Positions 34,224 through 45,244 of a stretch of 64,000 nucleotides of DNA are shown piece after piece. Position numbers and translations under genes: made by a program. Origin of the DNA: an uncultured Planctomycetota bacterium (GTDB lineage Bacteria; Planctomycetota; Planctomycetia; Isosphaerales; Isosphaeraceae). Under the pieces are notes generated by a model that had not been told where the DNA came from, did no database searches, and worked only from the letters and a program-made list of their open reading frames with translations. Every line of letters begins with the position of its first letter. The first letter of the stretch is position 1. The DNA is taken from NCBI GenBank assembly GCA_963823665.1, contig CAWGMQ010000008.1, positions 1,984,001 through 2,048,000 on the forward strand, in the 5' to 3' direction.

Positions 34224-34769
34224 GCCCAACTTCGACGAGCGAAACGCGGCGCCGGTCGTCTTCGCCGACGGACAGACCTGGTTCGTCCCGAAGCCGTGGC
34301 TCGAGATTCGGCCGGTCTTTCGGGGCGGCAAGGCGACGGCAGCATATCCGGTCCCAACATGCGGCCCGGAACTCGACGCGCTGATCGAAGCGGTCGCCGA
34401 TGCGGAGGATCGCGTCGCCCAGGTCGCGGCCGTCGCAACGCTGGCCGCTGAGCTGATGAGCTGGCATTACGATCTCGCCGATGCCGAGCTCGACCAGCTC
34501 CTGGCGTTCCGCTTGGCTGACGAAGCGTCGATGAATTGGATTCGAGAAGTCTTCGATATCGCGACGGGGCAATCCGGCCCAAAAGCCTACGGCGCTGGCG
34601 GCGACTGACGCTGCTGGCGCAAGGCCCGATGCCTCCGATGATGTTGCTCGAGGATGCCGAGGATCTTTGCGATTTCCTTCTAATAACCGATCGAACCGTG
34701 CGGCCAAGTCGCTGGGCCATCGAGGCCATCGATGCCGCCAACCTTAGCCAGATCGAGGGATTGTTTTAG
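34198..34769 (+). CDS. Tail assembly chaperone (136 aa, stop 34608) with -1 frameshift extension to 34769
   Basis: In-phase slippery C CCA AAA at 34578-34584 plus downstream hairpin; directly before the tape measure gene. Confidence 0.75.
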
Positions 34770-36397
34770 TGGACGCACCCGATCTGATTATCCCGGTCCG
34801 GATGGATACGTCGAAAGCGATCGCGGGGCTCACGAAGGTCGGCGGCGCGGGCAAGAAAGCCGGCGACGACGTCGCGGCCGGAGCCGCGAAGGGCAAGAAA
34901 GGGCTCGACGGCGACACGGGCGGTGCCGACAAGTTCGGCTCGAACTTGGGCGGTCTCGCCAGAGCGGCAATCGGTCTCCAGGCGATCAAGGCGACCGCTT
35001 CAGGAATGGGAAGCGCATTCAACGACACCGCGAAATACGTCCAGGAGATGGCGAAGGAATTCCAGGGACTGCGGAAGTTCATGCGAGAGGTCGCGACGCT
35101 CAAGGGCAAAGCCAACACAACAGAATTCACGCTCGAAGAGGCGGAGCAGGCCAAGACGTTTCATCTCACGCCGCAGGAATACCGCGATTTCCAGGCGGAG
35201 TTTCGGAACTATGTGGGTTCGCAGGTCGGCACCGACGAGGCGACCGGCGGGATCGCCAAGGGCGCCAAGCTCACCGAGAAACAAGGCGAGGAATATGCCG
35301 GTCGCGTCGCGGGGATGATGAAAGCCTCGGGCATCGCACCGTCCGTGGGCGCCGAACTGGCCGGCTCATTGCTGGCGCAAAAGCAAGGGCCGCAAGAAGT
35401 CGACGAACTTATGAAGGAACTCAATCGTACATTCACGGTCCTCGAAAAAGGCCGCACGCCGCTCAAGCAAGCGCTGCCGCAAATGTCCCAGATCATGGGA
35501 CACGGCGTCGGCGCGGAAGAGGCGGCGAAGTTATTCAGCGTGATCGTCCCGGCCAGTCCAGGCGATCCGGGAGTCGCGGTCGAATCGGCATTGAAGGCGA
35601 TTGAGGAGATAAAAGCCAAAGGGACCGGCGAGGAATTCGGCGTCAAGCGCGGAATGGGCCAATATGAGTCGTTCAAGGCCTTTGCCCAGAACGTGAACGC
35701 GCGAAAGCAAAAACTGGTCAGCCAAGGCAAAACAGGGCAAGAAGCCGAAGACGAGGTCACCGCGCTATTGCAGGAAAGGGGCGTCGACGCACACGTCCGC
35801 GAGAAACGCGGATTGATCGCGGGAGCCGCACGCCAGGGCGTCGAGCTCGGAGCATCTAACCGTTACGAAGAGATCGCCAAGGCCACGCCCGAAGATCTCG
35901 ACGCCCAGCGCAAGAGAATATACGAAGCATCCGAACGAGGGCGACAGGACGCGATCGACGTCGCGGAAGCCATTGCTGATGCAAAGATGGGAGCGAGAAA
36001 TGCGCCCGTCGCGAAATGGCGGAAGATCGCGGAAATCGAACTGAAGGAAGGCGGAGCATTCGAGAAGGTTCAGCCGGCCGCCGAGGCTGCATCGCACCTC
36101 CCTGGCGCTTCCGATGCCCGGACGATCCTGATCAATCAGCAGGCGAACCACCGAGTTCGTGCGATGCTCGGCGAATCGGGCGCCGCTACTGATATGTTCA
36201 CCGCGACCAATCAGGGGCTGACTGATCAGCTCCTTCGGGAACTGCTAAAACGCCTCGAGAGCATCGACGAGGAGACCAAAAAGGCCAATGCGAAAAAAAT
36301 GGCCGGGGCCGAACCCCCCCGTCGCGCGCCCGGCGGCGCTCCGCCGGGCAAGCCGCTCGATGCGCGGCCGCCGGGCGGAGACAACAAACGACAATGA
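34769..36397 (+). CDS. Tape measure protein (542 aa)
   Basis: Ala/Gly/Lys/Glu-rich helical protein, LIIPVRMDTSKAIAGL start, follows the chaperone frameshift pair. Confidence 0.75.
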   Translation: MDAPDLIIPVRMDTSKAIAGLTKVGGAGKKAGDDVAAGAAKGKKGLDGDTGGADKFGSNLGGLARAAIGLQAIKATASGMGSAFNDTAKYVQEMAKEFQGLRKFMREVATLKGKANTTEFTLEEAEQAKTFHLTPQEYRDFQAEFRNYVGSQVGTDEATGGIAKGAKLTEKQGEEYAGRVAGMMKASGIAPSVGAELAGSLLAQKQGPQEVDELMKELNRTFTVLEKGRTPLKQALPQMSQIMGHGVGAEEAAKLFSVIVPASPGDPGVAVESALKAIEEIKAKGTGEEFGVKRGMGQYESFKAFAQNVNARKQKLVSQGKTGQEAEDEVTALLQERGVDAHVREKRGLIAGAARQGVELGASNRYEEIAKATPEDLDAQRKRIYEASERGRQDAIDVAEAIADAKMGARNAPVAKWRKIAEIELKEGGAFEKVQPAAEAASHLPGASDARTILINQQANHRVRAMLGESGAATDMFTATNQGLTDQLLRELLKRLESIDEETKKANAKKMAGAEPPRRAPGGAPPGKPLDARPPGGDNKRQ

Positions 36398-36965
36398 ACA
36401 TTTCCAACGTCGGTGACGTTGTCGGTTTCCTCGAGGCTTGCGTCGACTCGTTCGACTTCAAGCGAGTCGGCATCGAGGGATGGCTCGGCGATGACGTTAA
36501 AATGAAGGTCGTCAAGTGCATCTACGATCGATCGCTCGACACGAAGGGCGGAATTTCGGGGCATTGGGACAAGAACGAACCAAAATACAGGGCGTGGAAA
36601 GAAAAGAAGTACGGCATCGTCGATGACCCGAACGTCCGCACGGGCCAGATGCTTTCGCAGAAATCTCTCGATGGCCGATCGACTCGAAGCAAGTCACGAT
36701 GATCTAAGGCGCCGGCGATAAACCCCTGACGACGAATACGGGCGTACTGCCTCCCGTCCGCACGCGCGGCCCCAAGCAGGGCGAGCCGATCGACGACAAG
36801 ACCGACATCGAAAAGGCGTATTTCGCCCACACTGACCAAAGGCCGCACGGCGTCAAGCAACCCATCTATGAAGTCGACGAGTCAGACGGAACGGCCGTCG
36901 CCGAGCTGTGCCAGGAAAACCTGAACGACCTGATCCGCGAGACGAACGCCAGGCACGACTACTAA
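36394..36965 (+). pseudogene. Virion morphogenesis/neck-like protein with frameshift and stops
   Basis: GHWDKNEPKYRAWKEKKYG...NVRTGQMLSQKSL, then broken frames ending ENLNDLIRETNARHDY*. Confidence 0.55.
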
Positions 36966-36973
36966 TTTAACCG

Positions 36974-37384
36974 ATGGCCATCTACACCCCCACCTACGGC
37001 GGCATCCCGATCTTCGGCCTGGCCGTCAAGATCGAAGAAGTCCCGATGCAAGCGTCTCAGCAGCTCGAGGCCTTCTTCGGCGTCCCGGGCCTGCTATCCG
37101 TCTTCGGCGGAACCCGCGGCCGGACTTTCAACGTCTCCGGCGTCCTGTACGATGTCGATATTCCGACGCTCAACTCCGACGAAGACATCTTCACTCCCGG
37201 CGTCTCCGGCTCGATGGCCGACGGCATCGCCCGGCCGCTGTTCGACACGCGGGGCCGGACGTGGGCCAACGTGATCTACCTCGGCCAGTTCCAGCCCGAG
37301 CCGATGGGACCGCGGCCGGCGGCGTGGGGCGGCTCGAGCGGGTGGGCGCTGCCGTACCGGGCGGTGTTTCACGGGTTATCGTAA
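36974..37384 (+). CDS. Putative distal-tail/hub-type protein
   Basis: FFGVPGLLSVFGGTRGRTFNVSGVL; position after tape measure. Confidence 0.55.
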   Translation: MAIYTPTYGGIPIFGLAVKIEEVPMQASQQLEAFFGVPGLLSVFGGTRGRTFNVSGVLYDVDIPTLNSDEDIFTPGVSGSMADGIARPLFDTRGRTWANVIYLGQFQPEPMGPRPAAWGGSSGWALPYRAVFHGLS

Positions 37385-37411
37385 CACGATAACAATTGAT
37401 ATCAGGCACGC

Positions 37412-38134
37412 ATGTCGTTCAGTCAATCAACCATCACCAGCGTCAACCCGCCGATCTACAGCGGCTTCCAGGTCTACATATCCTGGACAACGACGTCGCC
37501 GGCAGCCACGTGGTTCCAGATCTACCTGAACGAATCGCTGGCCTGGTGGGGCCAGGCGACCCAGGCGACGCTGATCCTCGGCGATACCGGACCGATCCGC
37601 GTCGATATCGGGACGGTCGCCGCCGGCGAGGAGCAGACCGACTTCTCGGCCGACCTGCCGTCGGCACCGGCTCGGCGCGCCGAGCTGTCCTGGCTCGGCG
37701 GGACGTTCGAGGCCGCCGACATCACCGGGTTCTACGTCTACGGCTCCGACTCGGCCGGCGGGTATGGCGTGAACGGTTTCGGCGCTGGACCGTTCGGCGA
37801 AGTCGACATGTCGACGCCGCTCGCCGACATCACAGCGTACCCGTCGGCCATTCAAACAGACGGCTTCGGCTTCGGCGGGTTCGGCTACGGCGGTTACGGC
37901 CAGGCGGCCGGTACGTACACCTGGACCTCCGACTCGCTGACCCGCGGCAACTGGTCATACGCCGTCGTCCCGTACGACGCGGCCGGCAACGCGGGAACGG
38001 TGACACAAGTCGGCGTGACGATCAACTGCCCGCCGCTCGAACCTGCTCTTTTCAGCGACAACACGCGGCTTCATTACACGTATTCGGCGTCGACGCACGA
38101 GATCACTTTACTTTGGAGCGCTTCGCCGGGATGA
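37412..38134 (+). CDS. FN3-like virion protein with GF/GY-rich motifs
   Basis: AELSW...GFYVY...GFGFGGFGYGGYG...WSYAVVPYDAAGN. Confidence 0.6.
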   Translation: MSFSQSTITSVNPPIYSGFQVYISWTTTSPAATWFQIYLNESLAWWGQATQATLILGDTGPIRVDIGTVAAGEEQTDFSADLPSAPARRAELSWLGGTFEAADITGFYVYGSDSAGGYGVNGFGAGPFGEVDMSTPLADITAYPSAIQTDGFGFGGFGYGGYGQAAGTYTWTSDSLTRGNWSYAVVPYDAAGNAGTVTQVGVTINCPPLEPALFSDNTRLHYTYSASTHEITLLWSASPG

Positions 38135-38315
38135 CGGCCGGTTTGCATCGACCGACTAAGAGATACCAACGATAACCGGCCACGCGGCCCCAATTGTGTT
38201 TCGCGTTGTAATCCTGAGATGCGCCGCACTGCCTGCAAATTCGCCGGCGAATGACGAGAGCCAAATGCCCGAGGGTCGAATCCGGAATCCAATCATGTTT
38301 CATTAAAAGAGACCA

Positions 38316-38936
38316 ATGAGCACCACGTATACCCCGAACACAAAACTCGGCCAGCCCGCCCTCGGCGACACCGGCTGGTCGACGCCGATCAACAATAACG
38401 CGACGACACTCGACGGTCTCGCGACGGTCGGCGCCCTCTGCGTCACGCTGCACGAAGTGCCGTCGACGTCGCTAAACGTTGCCGTCGCGGCTGGGATGAT
38501 CAAGGTTCAAGACGGCACGACCGTCAGCTTCGCCGGCTCGGGGTCGCAAGCGATCACGGCCAGTTCGACGAAGGTCCTCTATCTCGACGGTACCGCGTCG
38601 TGGGCGCTGACCGTCGCCGCGTCGTATCCAACGACGCCGCACGTCCGTCTAGCGACCGTCGTCGCCGGCAGCTCGACGATCACGAGCGTTACCGACAACC
38701 GCCAATGCTTCAACGTCGCCGGCTCGATCGCCGACGGCGTCAACTGGTCGTTCGGCTCCACGACAGGGACGCAGATCGGGACGGCGACGACCCAGAAGAT
38801 CGGATTCTACGGCGCGACGCCCGTCGTCCAGCAGACCGGCGGATCGGCGACTGCAGGATCGTCATACACGACGAACGAGGAAGGGATGATCAACCGCATG
38901 TATACCGCCCTGCGGGCGCTTGGACTGCTGAGCTAA
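38316..38936 (+). CDS. Fibre-like virion protein
   Basis: TYTPNTKLGQPALGDTGW..PINNN start; TQKIGFYGATPVVQ and ALRALGLL C-terminus. Confidence 0.65.
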   Translation: MSTTYTPNTKLGQPALGDTGWSTPINNNATTLDGLATVGALCVTLHEVPSTSLNVAVAAGMIKVQDGTTVSFAGSGSQAITASSTKVLYLDGTASWALTVAASYPTTPHVRLATVVAGSSTITSVTDNRQCFNVAGSIADGVNWSFGSTTGTQIGTATTQKIGFYGATPVVQQTGGSATAGSSYTTNEEGMINRMYTALRALGLLS

Positions 38937-38939
38937 CCG

Positions 38940-41231
38940 ATGGGCCAGCCCGCCAGTTTCGACCTCTCCCCGACCGCCGCCGGCATCACGACCAACGCGA
39001 TGCCGATCGCCGTCGCGCTCTATCTGCCCGGCTCTGGCGGCGGAGGCGAAGACGATAGCAATAGCCCGTACACGATTCTCCCGAACGTCTACTGCCTGCG
39101 GATCGATTACCGGGAAGGCCCAGAACCTCCCGTCGCTCGGTTCCAGTACATGACGGACGACGCCCTGGCCGCCACGATGAACTGGCCTTCCCAGTTTGAA
39201 AAGCTCTGGCCGATCGACGCCCAGGGCAATTACGTCGTCATCAACGACGACCGAATTGTCGTGATGACCCAACTCCCCCCGTCGACGCCCGACGGCGATT
39301 CGCAGACCGTCGTTCTGTTCGACGGCTTCGCCCAGATTCCCCAGGTTGACCTGTCGGCCCAAAGCCAGGCGATCACGTTCGTCGCCATCGGGACGGCGAT
39401 CCGGCTCTGGGATACGCCGATCGCGGGCCGCGCCCAGCGCGATGCCTCGGAGGCCGATGATACGACCGGCGACTACGATCGCCGCATCGCGTTGCCGTGC
39501 CGGTTCAATCCGTCGGACACGTCGATCGGATCGCAAGGCGGCTACATCGGCAACTGCGTCGCGACGGCCGATTACACCGTCGACGGCGACGACAGCTTTC
39601 CGGTTTTTCTCGATCCCCTGGTGCTCGAGCGGGGCGAGAATAGCACGTCGTTCTGGTACGTCAGCGATGCAATGGCGTACCTGATCGAGGAGGAACCGAG
39701 CCCGGAAGACGACGGCGGAAACCCGTTCGTGATCTACCCGACGCTGAGCTCGCTCAAAGCGCTTCTGTCGTGCTACTCGCCGCCGACCGGCCAGCTCCTG
39801 AACTCCGGCGACGCGCAGGAAACCGACATCGTCATCCGCGACTACGACGCCAGCAACAAGGCCGTCCCCGACGTCATGGCCGAGCTGCTCCGGTACTGCG
39901 GTTTCGTGATGGTATTCTTCACCGATACGAATACCGACGGAACGCCGGAGACGTACCTGAAGGTCATACGCAAGGACGCGCTGGCGACGACCACACCGAA
40001 GGTCCTCTATCTCGCCGCGAACGGGGCGTCATCGCTCGACCTCTCGTCGAACAACGTCACGTCGCTTCACCTGGCCCGCGATACGAATCAGCTCGTCGAC
40101 CAGTGGACGATGGCGACGGCGCCGCAGCAAGTAGAGATCAGCGTTTACCTTGCTCCGGGATTCGAGCCCAGCTCCGGCGATGTTTCCAACCGCAAGCCGT
40201 TCCTGAAATCAAACCTGACCGGAGCGACCAACGATCAACGCCGCATGTATCGCTGGTTCATCGCCGACGAATGCGCCGACGGTCACTGGAACATGCTCGA
40301 CGCCGCGTGGGTGACGGATAAACCACTTGACCTCACGTCGGTATTTCCATTCGACAAGAACGGAGATTATACCTACGTCGACCGTTACCGCCCTGGCTCT
40401 CAGACCTTGATCTCAAAGGACGTCAACGGCAAGCCCCTGAAGTGCGTTCTCGAGATCGCCCAAGACGGCTATTACTCACAAAATCCCAAGCTCGAGGCCG
40501 CAGCCGGCAGCGACGGATTTATCACGATCCCTCATGGCACCTGGCGACTACTGGACGACCGCCTCGGCATCGAGTTCATAGGTGAGGATCCCGGTCAGTG
40601 GGACTTCAAATCCAGCCCCACGACGGGTGGATCGGCGTCGAAGGTTAGTATCGATATCATCGCCGGTACCGCGGCTCCGACCGACTCGAACGTCTTCGTC
40701 CTGCGCCTGACGACCGTCATCGAGGCCGACCAGCGAATCGGCGTCCCGAACACCGACACCGAGAATGCCGTCACCGCGTTGGGCCGCAAGTCAGTCCCGA
40801 CCCAGTACACCCGCGAGCGGTCCGCCGACGGTCGCGACCATTTCCAGTACTGCACGATCGCACCGGGCAGCCTGAATTACACGACGCAGACCGATATCAA
40901 CGGCGCAATGAGCGACGGCACACATCCGCTCGTGATGCGCGACGACACGGCCGCGGCGCTCACCCACGCCGAGCAGCTCCGGTCGGCCCATGAGTTCCCG
41001 ACGCTGGCCGGCTCGGCGACGCTGCCGTTCATCACCGACTATTACCAGATCGGCGACCGAGTGAAGATCATCCAGGGCCGCAACGCCAACTTGCAAATCA
41101 ACGTCGGCGTCGACCAGGGCGAGACGGCGTGCTATCCGTGGGTGACCGCGTTCGCGTGGGATTTCTCGGGCGATAAGCAGCAAACGATTATCCAGTTCAG
41201 CGACCGGCGAGCGGAACCTCAAGGCGTATGA
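38940..41231 (+). CDS. Putative baseplate hub/tail-tip protein (763 aa)
   Basis: VVLFDGFA, MAELLRYCG, GSATLP...YQIGDRV hub-like pattern. Confidence 0.6.
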   Translation: MGQPASFDLSPTAAGITTNAMPIAVALYLPGSGGGGEDDSNSPYTILPNVYCLRIDYREGPEPPVARFQYMTDDALAATMNWPSQFEKLWPIDAQGNYVVINDDRIVVMTQLPPSTPDGDSQTVVLFDGFAQIPQVDLSAQSQAITFVAIGTAIRLWDTPIAGRAQRDASEADDTTGDYDRRIALPCRFNPSDTSIGSQGGYIGNCVATADYTVDGDDSFPVFLDPLVLERGENSTSFWYVSDAMAYLIEEEPSPEDDGGNPFVIYPTLSSLKALLSCYSPPTGQLLNSGDAQETDIVIRDYDASNKAVPDVMAELLRYCGFVMVFFTDTNTDGTPETYLKVIRKDALATTTPKVLYLAANGASSLDLSSNNVTSLHLARDTNQLVDQWTMATAPQQVEISVYLAPGFEPSSGDVSNRKPFLKSNLTGATNDQRRMYRWFIADECADGHWNMLDAAWVTDKPLDLTSVFPFDKNGDYTYVDRYRPGSQTLISKDVNGKPLKCVLEIAQDGYYSQNPKLEAAAGSDGFITIPHGTWRLLDDRLGIEFIGEDPGQWDFKSSPTTGGSASKVSIDIIAGTAAPTDSNVFVLRLTTVIEADQRIGVPNTDTENAVTALGRKSVPTQYTRERSADGRDHFQYCTIAPGSLNYTTQTDINGAMSDGTHPLVMRDDTAAALTHAEQLRSAHEFPTLAGSATLPFITDYYQIGDRVKIIQGRNANLQINVGVDQGETACYPWVTAFAWDFSGDKQQTIIQFSDRRAEPQGV

Positions 41232-41553
41232 ACGACCTGCGGGTGATGCGCGAACGACAGTCCGCAGCCGCCGAAGCCCTCGACCGCGCCTCGGCGCCGA
41301 GCCGTCGGGCTCCGCGGCGCTATGCGTGATCACGACGACCGTCACGACCTACCCGACGTCTGCCGGCGTCTTCTACGCATGCAACCCCGAGCTGATCTAC
41401 GGCAACGAAACCGAGGGCGCGACGCCAACGTTCACGGCCGACGGCTCGACGATCGTCTATGCGCTCAATCTGGGAACGTCGATTCCGCCGAACGGGACGA
41501 TCCTCGTGATTCACTCGGTCGGCGGACGGTGGGTTTTTCGATTCGATGGTTGA
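41228..41553 (+). CDS. Small tail protein (frameshift at ~41300); paralog of the 43500 N-terminal domain
   Basis: YGNETEGATPTFTADG...HSVGGRWV. Confidence 0.55.
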
Positions 41554-41572
41554 TTCAATTTTGGATCTTGAC

Positions 41573-43478
41573 GTGCCCGATAGAACTATGCCGCGTTCAA
41601 TTCTTTACACAAGCTCTTTTAAAGAGTGCGTTTATGTGGACTATCGCTTGCAATCTATGGGAGGCCCGTTTATACTTATTCGATCGCTGCGAAAGGAGTT
41701 GCGCCTAATCTGATTCACACCGTCGACCCCCGACAATAGCGGCTCTTTGACCCCTTCGAGGGCGTCTTCCCTCCCGTTGGGCGGCAGTTGATTACGGAAG
41801 GCTGGCAGGGCGTCTTCGGACATGTCCTGCTCGAATTGATGCCCGTCGGTGAACTGGGCCAGCATTTCAACCCGGACTTCGGCGCCCCGACTAAGGAACT
41901 CTACTCAATGGCCGGGCTGGTGCTTCTGACTGACTTCAACGACTGAACCGCTCAGCAGGCGGTCGAGGCTTACATCTTTCGGTCTGACGTCCAGTACGCG
42001 TTGAACCTTGAGCCTGGCGTTTCGGTGTCGGCCCGAACCGTAGAGCGCTATCAAAAAATGTTTCGCGAAGACGAACTGGCTGCCAAGGTCTTTGAAGATG
42101 TGACTGGCCGGCTGACCGACGCGCTCGAAATCAACGTAACACAACAGCGGCTCGGCTCCACTCACGTCTTCAGCCATATGGCCACATTCGGTCGCACCAA
42201 GCTGATGGCGGTGGCGATCAAGCGATTTCTCGCGCAAGTGAAACGACACCCCCCCCGAGCAGTACACCGCCCTGCCTGTGGAATTCCGCCTCCGTTACGA
42301 GCGTTCCGAATCGCAGCTATTCGCTGGTGCCAAGGACAACGAAGCACGACTGCGGTCGCGGCAACAGGCTGCCGAGGATCTGCTTTTCATCTTCGAGCGA
42401 TTCGCCGACTGCGCCGAACTGAATAACCGCTCGACCTATAAGATGCTCCGCACTATCTTCGATCAACCATGCCGGGTAGTTGACGGCAAGGTGACGGTTC
42501 AACAGAAGCCCGATACCAACAGAATTCAGAACCCTTCCGACCCCGACGCGAATTACGACGGTCACAAGGGGGCAGGCTACCAAGTGCAGATCGCCGAGAC
42601 CTGCGGCTCGGCCAACGAGGTTCAGTTGATTACGGCCGTATTGCCACAAACGGCCTGTGAAACGGACGAGGCGGGGGTTGGTCCGATGCTCGATCAACTC
42701 GATCGGTCTGGGCGCCTGCCGGAAGAGCTGTCTGCCGACGGAATGTACGGCACTGACGAAAACGTTCAAGCGGCTGAAAAGCGGGGTATGGAGCTCGTGG
42801 CACCAATTCGCGGCCGAACGCCGGAGATCGACCTCTCGGACCTGTCAATCGATGATTTTGCCTTGGACCAGCGGACCGGAGAAATAACCGCCTGTCCAAC
42901 GGGACACAAGCCACTGGCGGTCGAGCATGACGACGCGACGGAGACGACTCGGGTCGTGATGGCGGCGGAGAATTGTGAGGGATGCCCGTTCTTCAACGCC
43001 TGTCCGATCCACAAGAGTTGGAGTGGTCATTATGCGGTGAGTTTCAACGCCAAGGATCAGCGCTTGGCCGGAAGGCGTCGCGAAATTGAAACCGACGTGT
43101 TTGGGGCGCGATATGCTCGACGCGCGGGCATTGAGTCGATCAACAGCGGCTTGAAGAATTGGCTCGGCTTGGGCCGTCTGCGCGTACGAGGACGGGGAAG
43201 CGTGTTTCGTGTGATCTTACATAAACTGACTGGATGGAACGTGCTGCGAGCGGCGGCCTCGAAGAAGATGCGCGCGTGGATAAGTGTTCAAGCGCCTCAG
43301 ACCCTGCAAGCGGGACAATCTGCGTTGAATGCGCGCCTTCACATAGCCTGGTTGTGGCCAACAGACACGTTCACGACGGCTATCATGGGTTTCCGCGACC
43401 ATTCTCATCGTTTTTCAGGCGCAAACGCGGCCTGAGCGCCGCGCGGCGACCTCGCCAACGTCAAGTTCTGTCGGGGAC
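41573..43478 (+). mobile_element. IS1182/IS5-like element with degenerate transposase
   Basis: IRs GTGCCCGATAGAACT / GTCCCCGACAGAACT; GAPTKELYSM, QNPSDPDANYDGHKGAGYQVQI, ADGMYG, C..CP...CP, YARRAGIES; stops at 41737 and 41944 plus a frameshift. Confidence 0.8.
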
Positions 43479-43499
43479 ATCAAAATCCAAAATTGCAAG

Positions 43500-44267
43500 A
43501 TGGTTGACCGCGCCTTATCGACTCGCCAGAATGCCGACATGCTCGACGGCGGCCACGCCGCCGAGGCGCGGATCCTCCGCGACCGGATCACGGCGCACGA
43601 AAACGCCCTCGACCTGCTCGGCGCCCAAGACCTCTCCGGCACGCCGAGGCTGCTCGTCCAGGTTTACAACGGCGGATCGATGCCGAACGTCGTCCCGCGA
43701 GTGTACTTCACGCACCCCGTTTTAGCCTACGGCACCGAGACCGAAGGGGGCACGTACACGCTCTCGGCCGACGCGGCGACGACCGTGCCGGTGATCGTCC
43801 TGAACAAGGTCCCGTCGGTCGGCGACTACCTGACCGCGTATTCCGTCGGCGGCCGATGGGTATCGGAAGAAACGAACGGCGGAAGTAGCGGTATCCCGTG
43901 CTCGCCGTGCAGTCTGCCGGCAACCAACCTTACGCTTTCGTGGACGAACCCGCTGCTCGGCAACGGATCGGCCACGATGACGTATTCGGCGAGCCCGCAG
44001 GAATGGACGACGGGATGCTGCGATGGCGGCCTCTATTTCCGGCTCTTTTGCACGGGCGGCAACATCGAGCTTCGAGCGTATTTCTTCACCAGCGGATCAT
44101 GCCCGACGGGGACGACGTCTTACTGCTCGAACCTCGGGAGCGCGCCACTCGAGCTGGTCCTGAGCAGCCATACGTGCTCGCCACTTTCGCTGACGTTCAC
44201 CGTCAACGGCACCGACTGCCCGACGCTATTCAGCGATGGGAACACGCAGTTCACGGTGACTTTCTGA
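43500..44267 (+). CDS. Tail-associated protein with Cys-rich C-terminal domain
   Basis: YGTETEGGTYTLSADA...YSVGGRWV, then PCSPC...GCCDGG...CP. Confidence 0.6.
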   Translation: MVDRALSTRQNADMLDGGHAAEARILRDRITAHENALDLLGAQDLSGTPRLLVQVYNGGSMPNVVPRVYFTHPVLAYGTETEGGTYTLSADAATTVPVIVLNKVPSVGDYLTAYSVGGRWVSEETNGGSSGIPCSPCSLPATNLTLSWTNPLLGNGSATMTYSASPQEWTTGCCDGGLYFRLFCTGGNIELRAYFFTSGSCPTGTTSYCSNLGSAPLELVLSSHTCSPLSLTFTVNGTDCPTLFSDGNTQFTVTF

Positions 44268-45244
44268 CTTTGCAAAAGTGCCAAGAAAGAGGTTTTGTCT
44301 TGGGTCACCTTGAGTTGTGATTAGGACCGGTGGGTGTAGTAGAGAAAGCGGTGTGACATGTTTTCGACAGGCAATTCTCGGCGGCTCTCCGAAAAGCAGA
44401 CCAGCGGAGATTGGAGTCCATCGATAGTATGAACCACGGAGATGTATCGACGAAAATGAAGTGCCATCGATAGTGATGATAGCAAACGCTTGCGGGCGTC
44501 CAAAAGCGCACTGTGCCGGTAGCGCCGACCTTGGCGCGGCGCGTGCTGTCGAATCGGGAGTATCGTAAGCGGGTGTACGGGAAGTAGGGTTTTTTCGACC
44601 ATGCTGTTTCAGTCGTGCGTCTCCGACAGTCGCGCCGCCAGACGTTCTTTGATCACCAGTTCATCTTCTCTTTTCGCGGTGAGCCGGAAGCTTCCTGCAA
44701 GATTTAGCGCCTCGTACATCGGGAGACGGTGGATTGCGGCGATCGGTGCAGCACATTCTTTGGGCCCGACAATCCGCCTGAGAAGGCTGAAAGTTTTTTC
44801 CCGAATGGATGGAGATGGATGGCTTCTGGTCCACGGCGTGACTGTGCAGCGAGCAGGCCCGCGGCGTTGTTGCCCTCGCCGTAGTAAGCTATTAAGAGCG
44901 CATGGATATGTATGAAATAAATATACTTATTAATAAGATATACTAAAAGAACGTCATGTGCAAGATAGAGGAGAGCGTCATATTATGAGCTGACGCAACG
45001 GGCGGCGCGATAGTGAGAGTGGTGGCGACCACTATTGTTGCACGCGACTCGTGCTTGTAGCCCGCGGCTTCCTTGTTGGCAGTTGTCGGGTCAGCGTTCG
45101 GAACTTCCAGTCTTCATGCGTCTGGTAGGCTGCAGAGCGGACCAACTCATCCCTTGGCAGGAGACCACCAGATCGCGGCGACCTGCGCGATAACCTAAAC
45201 CGACGAACCGGCCTCCAGTCTGCATTATGCGGTGACAGCGGGCG

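Noticed and set aside
44270..44900. Lysis or other gene after the tail module
   Set aside because: Only short overlapping ORFs with no recognisable motif
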